Virus record (IMG/VR): IMGVR_UViG_2563366917_000005
From: a virus
Taxonomy: Duplodnaviria > Heunggongvirae > Uroviricota > Caudoviricetes
Reading direction: 5' to 3' (one strand)
DNA: 19,775 bases
Under the pieces are notes generated by a model that was not told the origin of the DNA, made no database searches, and was given only the letters and a program-made list of their open reading frames with translations. Positions 8,871 to 18,495 of this stretch are shown piece by piece. The stretch's first letter is position 1; every line of letters starts with the position of its first letter. The position numbers and the translations under genes are program-made.

Positions 8871-9614
8871 ATGACACAGACTGAATCAGCGATTCTGGCG
8901 CATGCCCGGCGGTGTGCGCCTGCGGAGTCGTGCGGCTTCGTGATAAGCACGCCGGAGGGGGAGTGGTATATCCCTTGTGTGAATATTTCTGCAGAGCCGG
9001 AGGCGTATTTTCGTATCGCACCGGAAGACTGGCTGCGGGCAGAGATGCAGGGGGAGATTGTGGCACTGGTCCACAGTCATCCCGGTGGGCTGCCCTGGCT
9101 GAGCGAGGCTGACCGGCGGCTGCAGATAAAAAGCGCACTGCCCTGGTGGCTGGTCTGCCGGGGTGACATTCACAAATTCCGCTGCGTGCCGCACCTGACG
9201 GGACGGCGCTTTGAGCACGGGGTGACGGACTGTTACACCCTGTTCCGGGATGCATACCATCTGGCGGGGACTGAAATGCCGGATTTTCATCGCGAGGATG
9301 ACTGGTGGCGCCACGGTCAGAACCTTTACCTGGACAATATGGCGGTCACCGGCTTTTACCGGGTGCCCCTGTCCTCTGCACAGGCGGGCGATATTCTGCT
9401 GTGCTGCTTTGGTGCTTCGGTACCGAACCATGCCGCCATTTACTGCGGCAACGGTGAGCTGCTTCACCATCTGCCTGAACAACTGAGTAAACGGGAGAGG
9501 TATTCCGAAAAATGGCAACGACGAACGCATTCTGTCTGGCGTCACCGCCACTGGCACGCATCTGCCTTCACGGGGATTTGCAACGATTTGGCCGCCGCCT
9601 CAGCCTGTATGTGA
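8871..9614 (+). CDS. K: Tail tip assembly protein, gpK-like (JAMM/MPN+ and NlpC/P60-like domains)
   Basis: Start at the ATG at 8871 (MTQTESAILAHARRCAPAESCGFV...), not the ORF-track upstream extension. JAMM motif H-x-H-x7-S-x2-D is present (VHSHPGGLPWLSEAD), and DCYTLF...H suggests a Cys-His NlpC/P60-type segment. Strong lambda K similarity. Confidence 0.9.
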   Translation: MTQTESAILAHARRCAPAESCGFVISTPEGEWYIPCVNISAEPEAYFRIAPEDWLRAEMQGEIVALVHSHPGGLPWLSEADRRLQIKSALPWWLVCRGDIHKFRCVPHLTGRRFEHGVTDCYTLFRDAYHLAGTEMPDFHREDDWWRHGQNLYLDNMAVTGFYRVPLSSAQAGDILLCCFGASVPNHAAIYCGNGELLHHLPEQLSKRERYSEKWQRRTHSVWRHRHWHASAFTGICNDLAAASACM

Positions 9615-10192
9615 ACACGGCAGCGGAAGCCATTCGCGCCCTGTCGATGCAGATGCCGGGCTTTCGCCGTCAGATGAACGAAGGCTGGTACCAGATACGT
9701 ATTGCCGGTGATGACACGGCACCGGAGGCGGTGTATGCCCGTCTTCACGAACAGCTGGGTGAGGGAACGGTCATCCACATTGTGCCGCGACTGGCCGGGG
9801 CCGGAAAGGGTGGACTGCAGATTGTGCTGGGGGCGGCAGCCATCGTGGGCTCTTTCTTCACGGCCGGAGGCTCGATGGCGTTATGGGGTACAGCCCTGAG
9901 TGCCGGTGGTTTTTCTGCCACCACGATGCTGTTTTCACTGGGTGCCAGCATGATACTGGGCGGAGTGGCCCAGATGCTGGCCCCGAAGGCAAAAACACCG
10001 GATTACCGCGCAACGGATAACGGCAGACAGAACACGTACTTTTCCTCGCTGGATAACATGATTGCCCAGGGGAACCCGATGCCGGTGCCTTACGGGGAAA
10101 TGCTGGTTGGCTCCCGCCGTATATCCCAGGACATCAGCACCCGTGATGAAGGCGGGGGCGGAAAGGTCGTGGTTATCGGGCGGCAGGGGTAA
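9512..10192 (+). CDS. I: Tail tip assembly protein, gpI-like
   Basis: 226 aa; ARICL.GDLQRFGRR, W.YQ.RIAG, VIHIVPR.AGA, QIVLGAAAI.GSFFTAG, FSLGASM.LGGVAQMLAPKA.TP, DNG.QNTYFSSLDNM.AQGN; begins about 100 nt inside the 3' end of K in another frame, as in lambda. Confidence 0.9.
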   Translation: MATTNAFCLASPPLARICLHGDLQRFGRRLSLYVNTAAEAIRALSMQMPGFRRQMNEGWYQIRIAGDDTAPEAVYARLHEQLGEGTVIHIVPRLAGAGKGGLQIVLGAAAIVGSFFTAGGSMALWGTALSAGGFSATTMLFSLGASMILGGVAQMLAPKAKTPDYRATDNGRQNTYFSSLDNMIAQGNPMPVPYGEMLVGSRRISQDISTRDEGGGGKVVVIGRQG

Positions 10193-10238
10193 AAAGAATA
10201 AAAAAATCCCGCAGTGATCGCGGACAGGAACTGCGGGA
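10193..10238 (-). terminator. Minus-strand intrinsic terminator abutting the I stop codon (ucccgcag/cugcggga stem, then UUUUUUUAUUCUUU on the minus strand)
   Basis: 8 bp inverted repeat at 10207-10214 and 10231-10238 with a 16 nt loop. On the minus strand the hairpin is followed by a run of U's (the + strand A-tract 10193-10206). On the + strand the downstream sequence is not U-rich, so it should not stop late transcription into J. Confidence 0.5.
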
Positions 10239-10296
10239 GAGTTACGAAGATTAAGTGTAAGGAATTATTCTTATATCACGACAAAAAAATTAACGC
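10195..10296 (-). ncRNA. Candidate ~100 nt small RNA (minus strand) in the I-J intergenic insert; identity unknown
   Basis: Bounded by a perfect TATAAT -10 (minus strand, + coordinates 10303-10308) and the minus-strand terminator at 10193-10238. It has no plausible ORF and is AU-rich with a 3' hairpin plus U-tail, the usual layout of Hfq-type sRNAs. Ends are predicted, not measured. Confidence 0.3.
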
Positions 10297-10302
10297 AGAG
10301 AA

Positions 10303-10332
10303 ATTATACGCGCCACAGTCAGTGTGTGAAAA
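10303..10332 (-). promoter_or_regulatory. Putative sigma70 promoter on the minus strand: -35 TTTTCA, 18 nt spacer, -10 TATAAT
   Basis: Reverse complement of 10303-10308 is TATAAT; reverse complement of 10327-10332 is TTTTCA. It points toward the terminator at 10193-10238. Confidence 0.3.
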
Positions 10333-10403
10333 TGTGAAGATATTCAGAATTTTTATGCCATTACCGGTTTTAACCAACAGGATTATCGGTGGGCATGAAA
10401 GAA

Positions 10404-10438
10404 AACCCCGGTATCTGCTGATACCGGGGTTTCTCTTT
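10404..10438. terminator. Strong bidirectional intrinsic terminator hairpin in the I-J intergenic region (12 bp perfect stem aaccccgguauc/gauaccgggguu, 4 nt loop)
   Basis: Perfect inverted repeat at 10404-10415 and 10420-10431. It is followed on the + strand by UUCUCUUU and on the minus strand by UUCUUUC. Confidence 0.55.
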
Positions 10439-10535
10439 AGCATGGCAGAAATGTGTTTCATGCTTTTCGGGCGAAGGATATCCGACTTCTGTACGGAATG
10501 GCAAGTGGCGGTTAATTTATTCAGGGGAAGGCTGT

Positions 10536-13500
10536 ATGGGAAAAGGTGGCGGTAAGGCACACACGCCTCGTGAGGCGAAGGATAATCTCAAATCCACGCA
10601 GATGATGAGTGTGATTGATGCGATTGGTGAGGGACCGATAGAAGGTCCGGTGAAGGGACTGCAGAGTATTCTGGTGAACAAAACCCCGCTGACGGACACG
10701 GACGGTAATCCCGTGATACACGGTGTGACCGCGGTCTGGCGTGCCGGGGAGCAGGAGCAGACACCACCGGAAGGCTTTGAGTCCTCCGGAGCTGAAACCG
10801 GACTGGGCGTGGAAGTGACGAAGGCAAAACCGGTGACGCGCACCATTACGTCCGCGAACATTGACCGCCTGCGGGTTACCTTCGGGGTGCAGTCACTGGT
10901 GGAGACCACCTCAAAGGGTGACCGTAACCCGGCAACCGTCCGCCTGCTGATTCAGTTACAGCGTAACGGTAACTGGGTGACAGAAAAGGACGTCACCATT
11001 AACGGCAAGACCACCTCACAGTTCCTGGCCTCGGTGATTCTGGATAATCTGCCTCCCCGGCCCTTTAACATCCGGATGGTCAGGGAGACGGCGGACAGCA
11101 CCACGGACCAGCTGCAGAATAAGACGCTGTGGTCGTCATACACCGAAATCATCGATGTGAAACAGTGCTACCCGAACACGGCCATTGTGGGGCTGCAGGT
11201 GGATGCGGAGCAGTTCGGCGGCCAGCAGATGACGGTGAACTACCATATCCGCGGTCGTATCATCCAGGTGCCGTCAAACTATGACCCGGAAAAACGCACG
11301 TACAGTGGTATCTGGGACGGCAGTCTGAAACCGGCATACAGCAACAACCCGGCCTGGTGCCTGTGGGACATGCTGACTCACCCGCGCTACGGCATGGGAA
11401 AACGTCTGGGGGCGGCGGATGTGGACAAGTGGGCGCTGTATGCCATCGGGCAGTACTGCGATCAGACGGTCCCGGATGGTTTCGGGGGGACCGAGCCGCG
11501 GATGACCTTTAATGCGTACCTGGCACAACAGCGTAAGGCGTGGGACGTTCTCAGTGATTTCTGCTCTGCGATGCGCTGTATGCCGGTATGGAACGGTCAG
11601 ACGCTGACGTTCGTTCAGGACCGCCCGTCGGATGTGGTGTGGCCGTACACCAACAGCGATGTGGTGGTGGATGATAACGGCGTGGGATTCCGCTACAGCT
11701 TCAGTGCCCTGAAGGACCGGCACACGGCGGTGGAGGTGAATTACACCGACCCGCAGAACGGCTGGCAGACCTCCACGGAACTGGTGGAAGACCCGGAAGC
11801 CATACTGCGCTACGGACGCAACCTGCTGAAGATGGACGCGTTCGGCTGTACCAGCCGCGGTCAGGCCCACCGTGCCGGACTGTGGGTGATAAAGACCGAA
11901 CTGCTGGAAACGCAGACGGTGGATTTCACGCTCGGGTCTCAGGGGCTGCGGCACACACCCGGTGACATCATTGAAATCTGTGATAACGACTATGCCGGGA
12001 CCCTGACCGGCGGACGTGTCCTGTCCATTGATGCTGCCACCCGCACCCTGACGCTGGACCGTGAAGTGACACTTCCGGAGACCGGTGCCGCCACGGTGAA
12101 CCTGATTAACGGCAGCGGTAAGCCAGTGAGTGTGGACATCACCGAACACCCCGCGCCGGACCGGATACAGGTCAGTACCCTGCCTGATGGTGTGGAGACA
12201 TACGGGGTGTGGGGACTCTCCCTGCCGTCACTGCGCCGTCGCCTGTTCCGCTGTGTCTCCGTCCGGGAAAACACGGACGGCACCTTTGCCATCACGGCGG
12301 TGCAGCACGTACCGGAAAAAGAAGCCATCGTGGATAACGGTGCCCGCTTTGAGCCGCAGTCAGGTTCCCTGAACAGCGTCATCCCACCGGCAGTGCAGCA
12401 CCTGACGGTGGAGGTGAGCGCAGCTGACGGCCAGTATCTGGCGCAGGCGAAATGGGACACGCCGCGGGTGGTGAAGGGTGTGCGCTTCAGTCTGCGCCTG
12501 ACCAGTGGTAAGGGAACGGATGCCAGACTGGTGACCACCGCTATCACCGCAGACACGGAGCACCGTTTCAGCGGCCTGCCGCTCGGGGAATACACCCTGA
12601 CGGTGCGGGCGATAAACAGCTATGGCCAGCAGGGTGAACCTGCCACCACCACCTTCCGGATTGCCGCACCGGCAGCACCGTCGCGGATTGAGCTGACGCC
12701 GGGCTATTTTCAGATAACCGCCACGCCGCATCTTGCCGTTTATGACCCGACGGTACAGTTTGAGTTCTGGTTCTCGGAAAAGCGGATTGCGGATATCAGG
12801 CAGGTTGAAACCGCAGCCCGCTATCTTGGCTCGGCGCTGTACTGGATAGCTGCCAGTATCAATATCAAACCGGGCCATGATTATTATTTTTATATCCGCA
12901 GTGTGAATACTGTTGGCAAATCGGCATTCGTGGAGGCTGTCGGTCGGGCGAGCGATGATGCGGAAGGTTACCTGGATTTTTTCAAAGGAGAAATCGGGAA
13001 AACACATCTGGCCCAGGAGCTGTGGACGCAGATTGATAACGGTCAGCTTGCGCCGGACCTGGCTGAAATCAGGACGTCCATTACGAATGTCAGCAATGAA
13101 ATCACGCAGACCGTCAATAAAAAACTGGAAAATCAGAGTGCGGCAATCCAGCAGATACAGAAAGTTCAGGTTGATACAAATAATAACCTGAACAGCATGT
13201 GGGCCGTGAAACTGCAGCAGATGCAGGACGGACGCCTTTATATTGCGGGTATCGGTGCCGGTATTGAGAATACGCCAGCAGGAATGCAGAGTCAGGTGCT
13301 GCTGGCGGCAGACAGGATTGCGATGATTAATCCTGCGAATGGCAACACAAAGCCGATGTTTGTTGGTCAGGGCGATCAGATATTTATGAATGAAGTGTTC
13401 CTGAAATATCTGACGGCTCCCACCATTACCAGCGGCGGTAATCCTCCGGCATTTTCCCTGACACCGGACGGGCGGCTGACGGCGAAAAATGCCGATATCA

Positions 13501-14009
13501 GCGGTAACGTGAATGCGAACTCCGGGACGCTCAACAACGTCACGATTAACGAGAACTGTCGGGTTCTGGGAAAATTGTCCGCGAACCAGATTGAAGGCGA
13601 TCTCGTTAAAACAGTGGGCAAAGCTTTCCCCCGGGACTCCCGTGCACCGGAGCGGTGGCCATCAGGAACCATTACCGTCAGGGTTTATGACGATCAGCCG
13701 TTTGACCGGCAGATTGTTATTCCGGCGGTGGCATTCAGCGGCGCTAAACATGAGAAAGAGCATACTGATATTTACTCCTCATGCCGTCTGATAGTGCGGA
13801 AAAACGGTGCTGAAATTTATAACCGTACCGCGCTGGATAATACGCTGATTTACAGTGGTGTTATTGATATGCCTGCCGGTCACGGTCACATGACACTGGA
13901 GTTTTCGGTGTCAGCATGGCTGGTAAATAACTGGTATCCCACAGCAAGTATCAGCGATTTGCTGGTTGTGGTGATGAAGAAAGCCACTGCAGGCATCACG
14001 ATTAGCTGA
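10536..14009 (+). CDS. J: Central tail fibre / host specificity protein, gpJ-like
   Basis: 1157 aa; N-terminus [22 protein letters not shown] and long blocks match lambda J by recollection; RBS ggggaagg upstream. A central patch (about aa 820-890) and the last ~100 aa diverge from lambda. Confidence 0.95.
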   Translation: MGKGGGKAHTPREAKDNLKSTQMMSVIDAIGEGPIEGPVKGLQSILVNKTPLTDTDGNPVIHGVTAVWRAGEQEQTPPEGFESSGAETGLGVEVTKAKPVTRTITSANIDRLRVTFGVQSLVETTSKGDRNPATVRLLIQLQRNGNWVTEKDVTINGKTTSQFLASVILDNLPPRPFNIRMVRETADSTTDQLQNKTLWSSYTEIIDVKQCYPNTAIVGLQVDAEQFGGQQMTVNYHIRGRIIQVPSNYDPEKRTYSGIWDGSLKPAYSNNPAWCLWDMLTHPRYGMGKRLGAADVDKWALYAIGQYCDQTVPDGFGGTEPRMTFNAYLAQQRKAWDVLSDFCSAMRCMPVWNGQTLTFVQDRPSDVVWPYTNSDVVVDDNGVGFRYSFSALKDRHTAVEVNYTDPQNGWQTSTELVEDPEAILRYGRNLLKMDAFGCTSRGQAHRAGLWVIKTELLETQTVDFTLGSQGLRHTPGDIIEICDNDYAGTLTGGRVLSIDAATRTLTLDREVTLPETGAATVNLINGSGKPVSVDITEHPAPDRIQVSTLPDGVETYGVWGLSLPSLRRRLFRCVSVRENTDGTFAITAVQHVPEKEAIVDNGARFEPQSGSLNSVIPPAVQHLTVEVSAADGQYLAQAKWDTPRVVKGVRFSLRLTSGKGTDARLVTTAITADTEHRFSGLPLGEYTLTVRAINSYGQQGEPATTTFRIAAPAAPSRIELTPGYFQITATPHLAVYDPTVQFEFWFSEKRIADIRQVETAARYLGSALYWIAASINIKPGHDYYFYIRSVNTVGKSAFVEAVGRASDDAEGYLDFFKGEIGKTHLAQELWTQIDNGQLAPDLAEIRTSITNVSNEITQTVNKKLENQSAAIQQIQKVQVDTNNNLNSMWAVKLQQMQDGRLYIAGIGAGIENTPAGMQSQVLLAADRIAMINPANGNTKPMFVGQGDQIFMNEVFLKYLTAPTITSGGNPPAFSLTPDGRLTAKNADISGNVNANSGTLNNVTINENCRVLGKLSANQIEGDLVKTVGKAFPRDSRAPERWPSGTITVRVYDDQPFDRQIVIPAVAFSGAKHEKEHTDIYSSCRLIVRKNGAEIYNRTALDNTLIYSGVIDMPAGHGHMTLEFSVSAWLVNNWYPTASISDLLVVVMKKATAGITIS

Positions 14010-14028
14010 ATTTTATAACCCAGATACG

Positions 14029-14056
14029 GGCGCCAGAAATGGCGCCTTTTTTATTG
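14029..14056 (+). terminator. Intrinsic terminator after J (ggcgcca/uggcgcc stem, GAAA loop, UUUUUUAUU)
   Basis: Inverted repeat at 14030-14036 and 14041-14047 followed by a T-run at 14048-14056. Confidence 0.6.
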
Positions 14057-14076
14057 CAGAAAAGCGAGAGGTAATT

Positions 14077-14676
14077 ATGCGTAAATTATGTGCTGTTATT
14101 TTGTCCGCAGTAGTCTGGCAGGTCGCCGCTGCTACGCCAGCGAGTGCAGCAGAACATCAGTCCACGCTGAGCGCGGGGTATCTCCATGCCTCGACGAACG
14201 TTCCCGGTAGTGATGATCTGAACGGGATTAACGTGAAATACCGTTATGAGTTTACGGACGCGCTGGGGCTGATTACGTCCTTCAGTTATGCCAATGCTGA
14301 GGATGAGCAAAAAACGCGCTACAGCGATACCCGCTGGCATGAAGATTCCGTGCGTAACCGCTGGTTCAGCGTGATGGCGGGGCCGTCTGTACGCGTGAAT
14401 GAATGGTTCAGCGCGTATGCGATGGTGGGTGTGGCTTACAGCCGTGTGTCGACTTTCTCCGGGGATTATCTCCGCGTAACTGACAACAAGGGGAAAACGC
14501 ACGATGTGCTGACCGGAAGTGATGACGGTCGCCACAGCAACACGTCTCTGGCGTGGGGGGCTGGCGTGCAGTTTAATCCGACCGAATCCGTGACCATTGA
14601 CCTTGCTTATGAAGGTTCCGGTAGTGGCGACTGGCGAACGGATGCATTTATTGTTGGTATCGGATACCGTTTCTGA
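14077..14676 (+). CDS. lom: Lom-like outer-membrane beta-barrel protein (Ail/Lom/PagC family), a lysogenic-conversion moron
   Basis: 199 aa; signal-peptide-like N-terminus (MRKLCAVILSAVVWQVAAATPASA), GINVKYRYE.TD, WFSAYAM.GVA.SR, C-terminal DLAYEGSGSGDWRTD.FIVG.GY.F as in lambda Lom; RBS gagagg. Confidence 0.9.
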   Translation: MRKLCAVILSAVVWQVAAATPASAAEHQSTLSAGYLHASTNVPGSDDLNGINVKYRYEFTDALGLITSFSYANAEDEQKTRYSDTRWHEDSVRNRWFSVMAGPSVRVNEWFSAYAMVGVAYSRVSTFSGDYLRVTDNKGKTHDVLTGSDDGRHSNTSLAWGAGVQFNPTESVTIDLAYEGSGSGDWRTDAFIVGIGYRF

Positions 14677-14781
14677 CAACAGACGCCGATTTATCTTCTG
14701 TAAATATTGTTATGATACGCAGGTTCATCCACCTTATGGGGTGAACTGCGTTTGAGGAAACGTAAAGTTACACTGTCCTGA

Positions 14782-14816
14782 AGCCCGTGGCGTCACTGCT
14801 GCGGGCTTTTTTTATT
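14782..14816 (+). terminator. Terminator-like hairpin after lom (gcccg...cgggc stem, then UUUUUUUAUU)
   Basis: Inverted repeat at 14783-14787 and 14802-14806 with an internal structured loop, then a T-run at 14807-14816. Confidence 0.45.
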
Positions 14817-14827
14817 GGTGGAAAAGT

Positions 14828-17800
14828 ATGACAGTAAAAATTTCTGGCGTGCTTAAAGATGGCACAGGAAAACCAGTACAGAACTGCACCATTGTGCTGA
14901 AGGCCAGACGAACCAGCAGCACGGTGGTGGTGAACACGGTGGCCTCTGAAAATCCGGATGAAGCCGGACGTTACAGCATGGATGTTGAGCATGGTCAGTA
15001 CAGCGTCACCCTGCTGGTTGAAGGTTTTCCGCCTTCACATGCCGGGACCATTACCGTCTATGAAGGTTCCAGATCAGGTACGCTGAATGATTTTCTCGGT
15101 GCCATGACGGAGGATGATGTCCGACCGGAGGCACTGCGCCGCTTTGAGCAGATGGTGGAAGAGGTGTCACGTAACGCCTCCGCGGTTGCACAGAATACGG
15201 CAGCCGCGAAAAAATCAGCCAGCGATGCCAGTGCATCAGCCAGCGAGGCGGCAACTCATGCAACCGATGCTGCAGCCTCAGCACGTGCCGCCAGCACGTC
15301 AGCCGGACAGGCCGCGTCGTCGGCTCAGTCAGCGTCTTCCAGCGCAGGAACGGCATCGACAAAGACCCGTGAAGCAGCAAAAAGTGCTGCTGCTGCTGCA
15401 GAGTCATCAAAAAGCGCGGCAGCTACCAGCGCCAGTGCCGCGAAAACGTCAGAAACGAATGCCGCAGCATCACAAAAATCGGCAGCCACTTCTGCATCCA
15501 CAGCGACCACGAAGGCGTCAGAAGCTGCCACCTCGGCACGGGGTGCGGCGACCTCAAAAGAGGCAGCGAAATCTTCAGAAACGAATGCATCATCAAGTGC
15601 CAGTAGTGCAGCTTCCTCGGCAACGGCGGCAGGAAATTCCGCGAAGGCGGCAAAAACGTCCGAGACGAACGCTAAGTCTTCTGAAACAGCAGCGGGACAG
15701 AGCGCCTCAGCTGCGGCAGGTTCAAAAACAGCGGCTGCATTATCTGCCAGTGCCGCGTCAACAAGTGCCGGGCAGGCCTCAGCCAGTGCCACCGCCGCCG
15801 GAAAATCGGCAGAAAGCGCCGCATCATCCGCTTCAACAGCCACAACGAAGGCTGGCAAAGCCACTGAGCAAGCCACTGCAGCAGCGAGGTCTGCTTCTGC
15901 AGCAAAAACCTCTGAAACAAATGCAAAGACTTCAGCAGACAATGCTGCTTCCTCTAAGGCGGCAGCCGCATCGTCAGCCAGTTCAGCGGCGTCATCGGCA
16001 TCATCTGCGTCTGCTTCAAAAGATGAGGCGACCAGACAAGCGTCAGCAGCGAAAGGTAGTGCCACGACAGCAACAACGAAAGCATCAGAGGCGGCAGGCA
16101 GTGCGACGGCTGCATCTCAGAGCAAAGTTGCTGCTGAATCCGCGGCAACGCGCGCCGAGACAGCAGCAAAACGGGCAGAGGATATTGCATCCGCCGTGGC
16201 GCTGGAGGATGCGAGCACGACGAAAAAGGGGATAGTACAGCTCAGCAGTGCAACAAACAGCACCAGTGAAAAGCTGGCGGCAACGCCAAAGGCAGTTAAA
16301 ACTGTTAAAGATAGTTCAGTTCAAAAAACTGGCGACACAATGGGAGGGCAGTTAAAAATCAGCACGATAAATGCTCTTCGAATATTCAACCAAGCCTTTG
16401 GCCTTATTTTTAGGCGTTCCGAAGATCATCTTCATCTTATTCCGACTAATGAAGGGGAGGGGGAAAATGGAGACATCGGTTCATTAAGACCATTCTCTAT
16501 AAACTTAAGATCAGGGTTGGTGTCCATCGGTAATGGACTAAAAGTTGGTGGTAGTGTTACTGGTAATTTGACCGGAAACGCAGATACTGCGACCAAGATC
16601 AAGACAGCACGTAAGATTGGGGGCGTGGCATTTGATGGATCGGCAGATATCAACTTGCCTGGAGTCAACGCTACCGGTAATCAAAACACTACAGGTAATG
16701 CTGCGACCGCCACGAAACTTCAGGCAGCCAGAACGATTAACGGTGTGTCATTTGATGGTAGTGCAAATATCACATTGACCCCTTCAAATATTGGGGCATT
16801 GGCATTAACTGGAGGGACTCTTTCAGGTGGTTTAACTGCTGCTGGTGAGGTTATTTCAAGGTCAGCAAATGGTCTGCGTATTGCCTATGGCAACTATGGA
16901 TTCTTTATCCGAAATGATGGATCAAACACATATTTTATGTTGACAGATTCGGGTAACAGTCTTGGTACGCACAATAGCTTAAGGCCGTTTATAATTAGTA
17001 ACCATACTGGCAATGTTACAATTGCAACTAAATTAAACGCGAGTGGTGGTATCACTGGATCTTTATCGGGTAATGCAAGCACAGCAACCAAATTGCAAAC
17101 TGCAAGGACAATTAACGGCGTAAAATTTGACGGCTCGGCAAATATTGAAGCGTTTCCGCCAGGTGTTCCGCTGCCGTGGCCATCAGATACACCACCTGCA
17201 GGTTATGCAATCATGCAGGGGCAGACGTTTGATAAGGCAGCATATCCGAAACTGGCTATTGCCTATCCTTCAGGTGTTATTCCAGATATGCGCGGCTGGA
17301 CAATCAAGGGCAAACCCGCCAGTGGCCGGGCCGTATTGTCTCAGGAACAGGACGGCATTAAATCGCACACCCACAGCGCCAGCGCATCCAGTACGGATTT
17401 GGGGACGAAAACCACATCGTCGTTTGATTACGGCACTAAATCCACGAATAACACCGGGGCGCATACGCACAGTCTGAGTGGCTCTACGGGGTCTGCCGGT
17501 GTTCATACTCATGGTAATGGTATTCGTTGGCCAGGAGGCGGCGGTTCTGCGTTAGCATTTTATGATGGCGGTGGGTTCACTTATGTCCAGAATTCACAGT
17601 ATCAAGTAAGCCCGGAGACTTCTTCCTATAGATCGTATTATCAACGTATTCAGACACAGTCAGCAGGTGCTCATACCCACTCGCTGTCTGGTACTGCAGC
17701 AAGTTCTGGCGCACATGCACATACTGTAGGTATTGGTGCGCATACGCACTCCGTTGCGATTGGTTCACATGGACACACCATCACCGTTAACGCTGCGGGT

Positions 17801-17857
17801 AACGCGGAAAACACCGTCAAAAACATCGCATTTAACTATATTGTGAGGCTTGCATAA
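14828..17857 (+). CDS. stf: Side tail fibre protein, Stf-like (1009 aa; expanded Ala/Ser shaft, central tail-fibre repeat module, His-motif C-terminal region)
   Basis: N-terminus [22 protein letters not shown]...[14 protein letters not shown] and C-terminus ...[31 protein letters not shown] match lambda Stf by recollection. It contains three copies of the TATK(I/L)(K/Q)TAR.I.GV.FDGSA.I repeat and several (S/A)H(T/A/G)H(S/T) motifs. Confidence 0.9.
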   Translation: MTVKISGVLKDGTGKPVQNCTIVLKARRTSSTVVVNTVASENPDEAGRYSMDVEHGQYSVTLLVEGFPPSHAGTITVYEGSRSGTLNDFLGAMTEDDVRPEALRRFEQMVEEVSRNASAVAQNTAAAKKSASDASASASEAATHATDAAASARAASTSAGQAASSAQSASSSAGTASTKTREAAKSAAAAAESSKSAAATSASAAKTSETNAAASQKSAATSASTATTKASEAATSARGAATSKEAAKSSETNASSSASSAASSATAAGNSAKAAKTSETNAKSSETAAGQSASAAAGSKTAAALSASAASTSAGQASASATAAGKSAESAASSASTATTKAGKATEQATAAARSASAAKTSETNAKTSADNAASSKAAAASSASSAASSASSASASKDEATRQASAAKGSATTATTKASEAAGSATAASQSKVAAESAATRAETAAKRAEDIASAVALEDASTTKKGIVQLSSATNSTSEKLAATPKAVKTVKDSSVQKTGDTMGGQLKISTINALRIFNQAFGLIFRRSEDHLHLIPTNEGEGENGDIGSLRPFSINLRSGLVSIGNGLKVGGSVTGNLTGNADTATKIKTARKIGGVAFDGSADINLPGVNATGNQNTTGNAATATKLQAARTINGVSFDGSANITLTPSNIGALALTGGTLSGGLTAAGEVISRSANGLRIAYGNYGFFIRNDGSNTYFMLTDSGNSLGTHNSLRPFIISNHTGNVTIATKLNASGGITGSLSGNASTATKLQTARTINGVKFDGSANIEAFPPGVPLPWPSDTPPAGYAIMQGQTFDKAAYPKLAIAYPSGVIPDMRGWTIKGKPASGRAVLSQEQDGIKSHTHSASASSTDLGTKTTSSFDYGTKSTNNTGAHTHSLSGSTGSAGVHTHGNGIRWPGGGGSALAFYDGGGFTYVQNSQYQVSPETSSYRSYYQRIQTQSAGAHTHSLSGTAASSGAHAHTVGIGAHTHSVAIGSHGHTITVNAAGNAENTVKNIAFNYIVRLA
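15200..16200 (+). repeat. Imperfect in-frame tandem repeats encoding the Ala/Ser/Thr-rich Stf shaft (recurring AAKTSETNA and SASxA units)
   Basis: Recurring DNA units such as gcgaaaacgtcagaaacgaatgc and gcaaaaacctctgaaacaaatgc; GC-rich in both strands, which creates spurious long ORFs in other frames. Confidence 0.6.
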
Positions 17858-18441
17858 TGGCATTCAGAATGAGTGAACAAGCACGGACCATAAAAATTTA
17901 TAATCTGCTGGCCGGAACTAATGAATTTATTGGTGAAGGTGACGCATATATTCCGCCTCATACAGGTCTGCCAGCAAACAGTACCGATATTGCACCACCA
18001 GATATTCCTGCTGGCTTTGTGGCTGTTTTCAACAGTGATGAGGCATCGTGGCATCTCGTTGAAGACCATCGGGGTAAAACGGTTTATGACGTAGCGTCAG
18101 GGGACGAGTTATTTATTTCTGAACTCGGTCCGTTACCGGAAAATGTTACCTGGTTATCGCCGGAAGGGGAGTTTCAGAAGTGGAACGGCACAGCCTGGGT
18201 GAAGGATACGGAAGCAGAAAAACTGTTCCGGATCCGGGAGGCGGAAGAAACAAAAAACAACCTGATGCAGGTAGCCAGTGAGCATATTGCGCCGCTTCAG
18301 GATGCTGCAGATCTGGAAATTGCAACGGAGGAAGAAACCTCATTGCTGGAAGCCTGGAAAAAGTATCGGGTGTTGCTGAACCGTGTTGATACATCAACTG
18401 CACCTGATATTGAGTGGCCTACGAACCCTGTCAGGGAGTAA
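17857..18441 (+). CDS. tfa: Tail fibre assembly (chaperone) protein, Tfa-like
   Basis: 194 aa; [82 protein letters not shown]...[26 protein letters not shown], almost identical to lambda Tfa by recollection; 1 nt overlap with the stf stop. Confidence 0.9.
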   Translation: MAFRMSEQARTIKIYNLLAGTNEFIGEGDAYIPPHTGLPANSTDIAPPDIPAGFVAVFNSDEASWHLVEDHRGKTVYDVASGDELFISELGPLPENVTWLSPEGEFQKWNGTAWVKDTEAEKLFRIREAEETKNNLMQVASEHIAPLQDAADLEIATEEETSLLEAWKKYRVLLNRVDTSTAPDIEWPTNPVRE

Positions 18442-18490
18442 TCATTGGGATTATGCCGCAGCACGTCTTAAGCAAGAACGTGCTGCGGTT
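18276..18490 (+). repeat. Direct repeat copy A (~215 bp): tfa 3' coding end plus downstream hairpin
   Basis: About 88% identical to 19326-19540 by eye alignment (cagtgagcatattgcgccgcttcaggatgctgcagatctggaaat... versus cagtgagtatattgcgccactgcaggatgctgtagatctggaaat...). Confidence 0.8.
18456..18488. terminator. Hairpin shared by the convergent tfa (+) and methyltransferase-like (-) genes (11 bp stem ccgcagcacgu/acgugcugcgg)
   Basis: Inverted repeat at 18456-18466 and 18478-18488 with an 11 nt loop; on the + strand uuggaugcuauuuuuu follows. It lies 15 nt after the tfa stop and 8 nt after the minus-strand gene stop. Confidence 0.45.
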
Positions 18491-18495
18491 GGATG

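Noticed and set aside
8213-9557. Minus-strand ORFs of 245 aa and 223 aa antisense to L and K
   Set aside because: Same reasoning: they overlap strongly supported genes on the other strand and have Arg/His/Pro-rich composition.
10214-10560. ORFs of 113 aa (+) and 94 aa (-) in the I-J intergenic region
   Set aside because: Both run straight through the 12 bp terminator hairpin, lack an RBS, have implausible composition, and the minus one extends antisense into the J start. A non-coding interpretation fits better.
15114-16235. Long alternative-frame ORFs inside stf (+ strand 373 aa Arg/Pro/Gln-rich; minus-strand 246 aa Ala/Asp-rich at 15325-16065)
   Set aside because: They are by-products of the GC-rich Ala/Ser codon repeats of the Stf shaft, which lack stops in several frames. 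They have low-complexity composition and no RBS, and the lambda-like stf frame explains the region.
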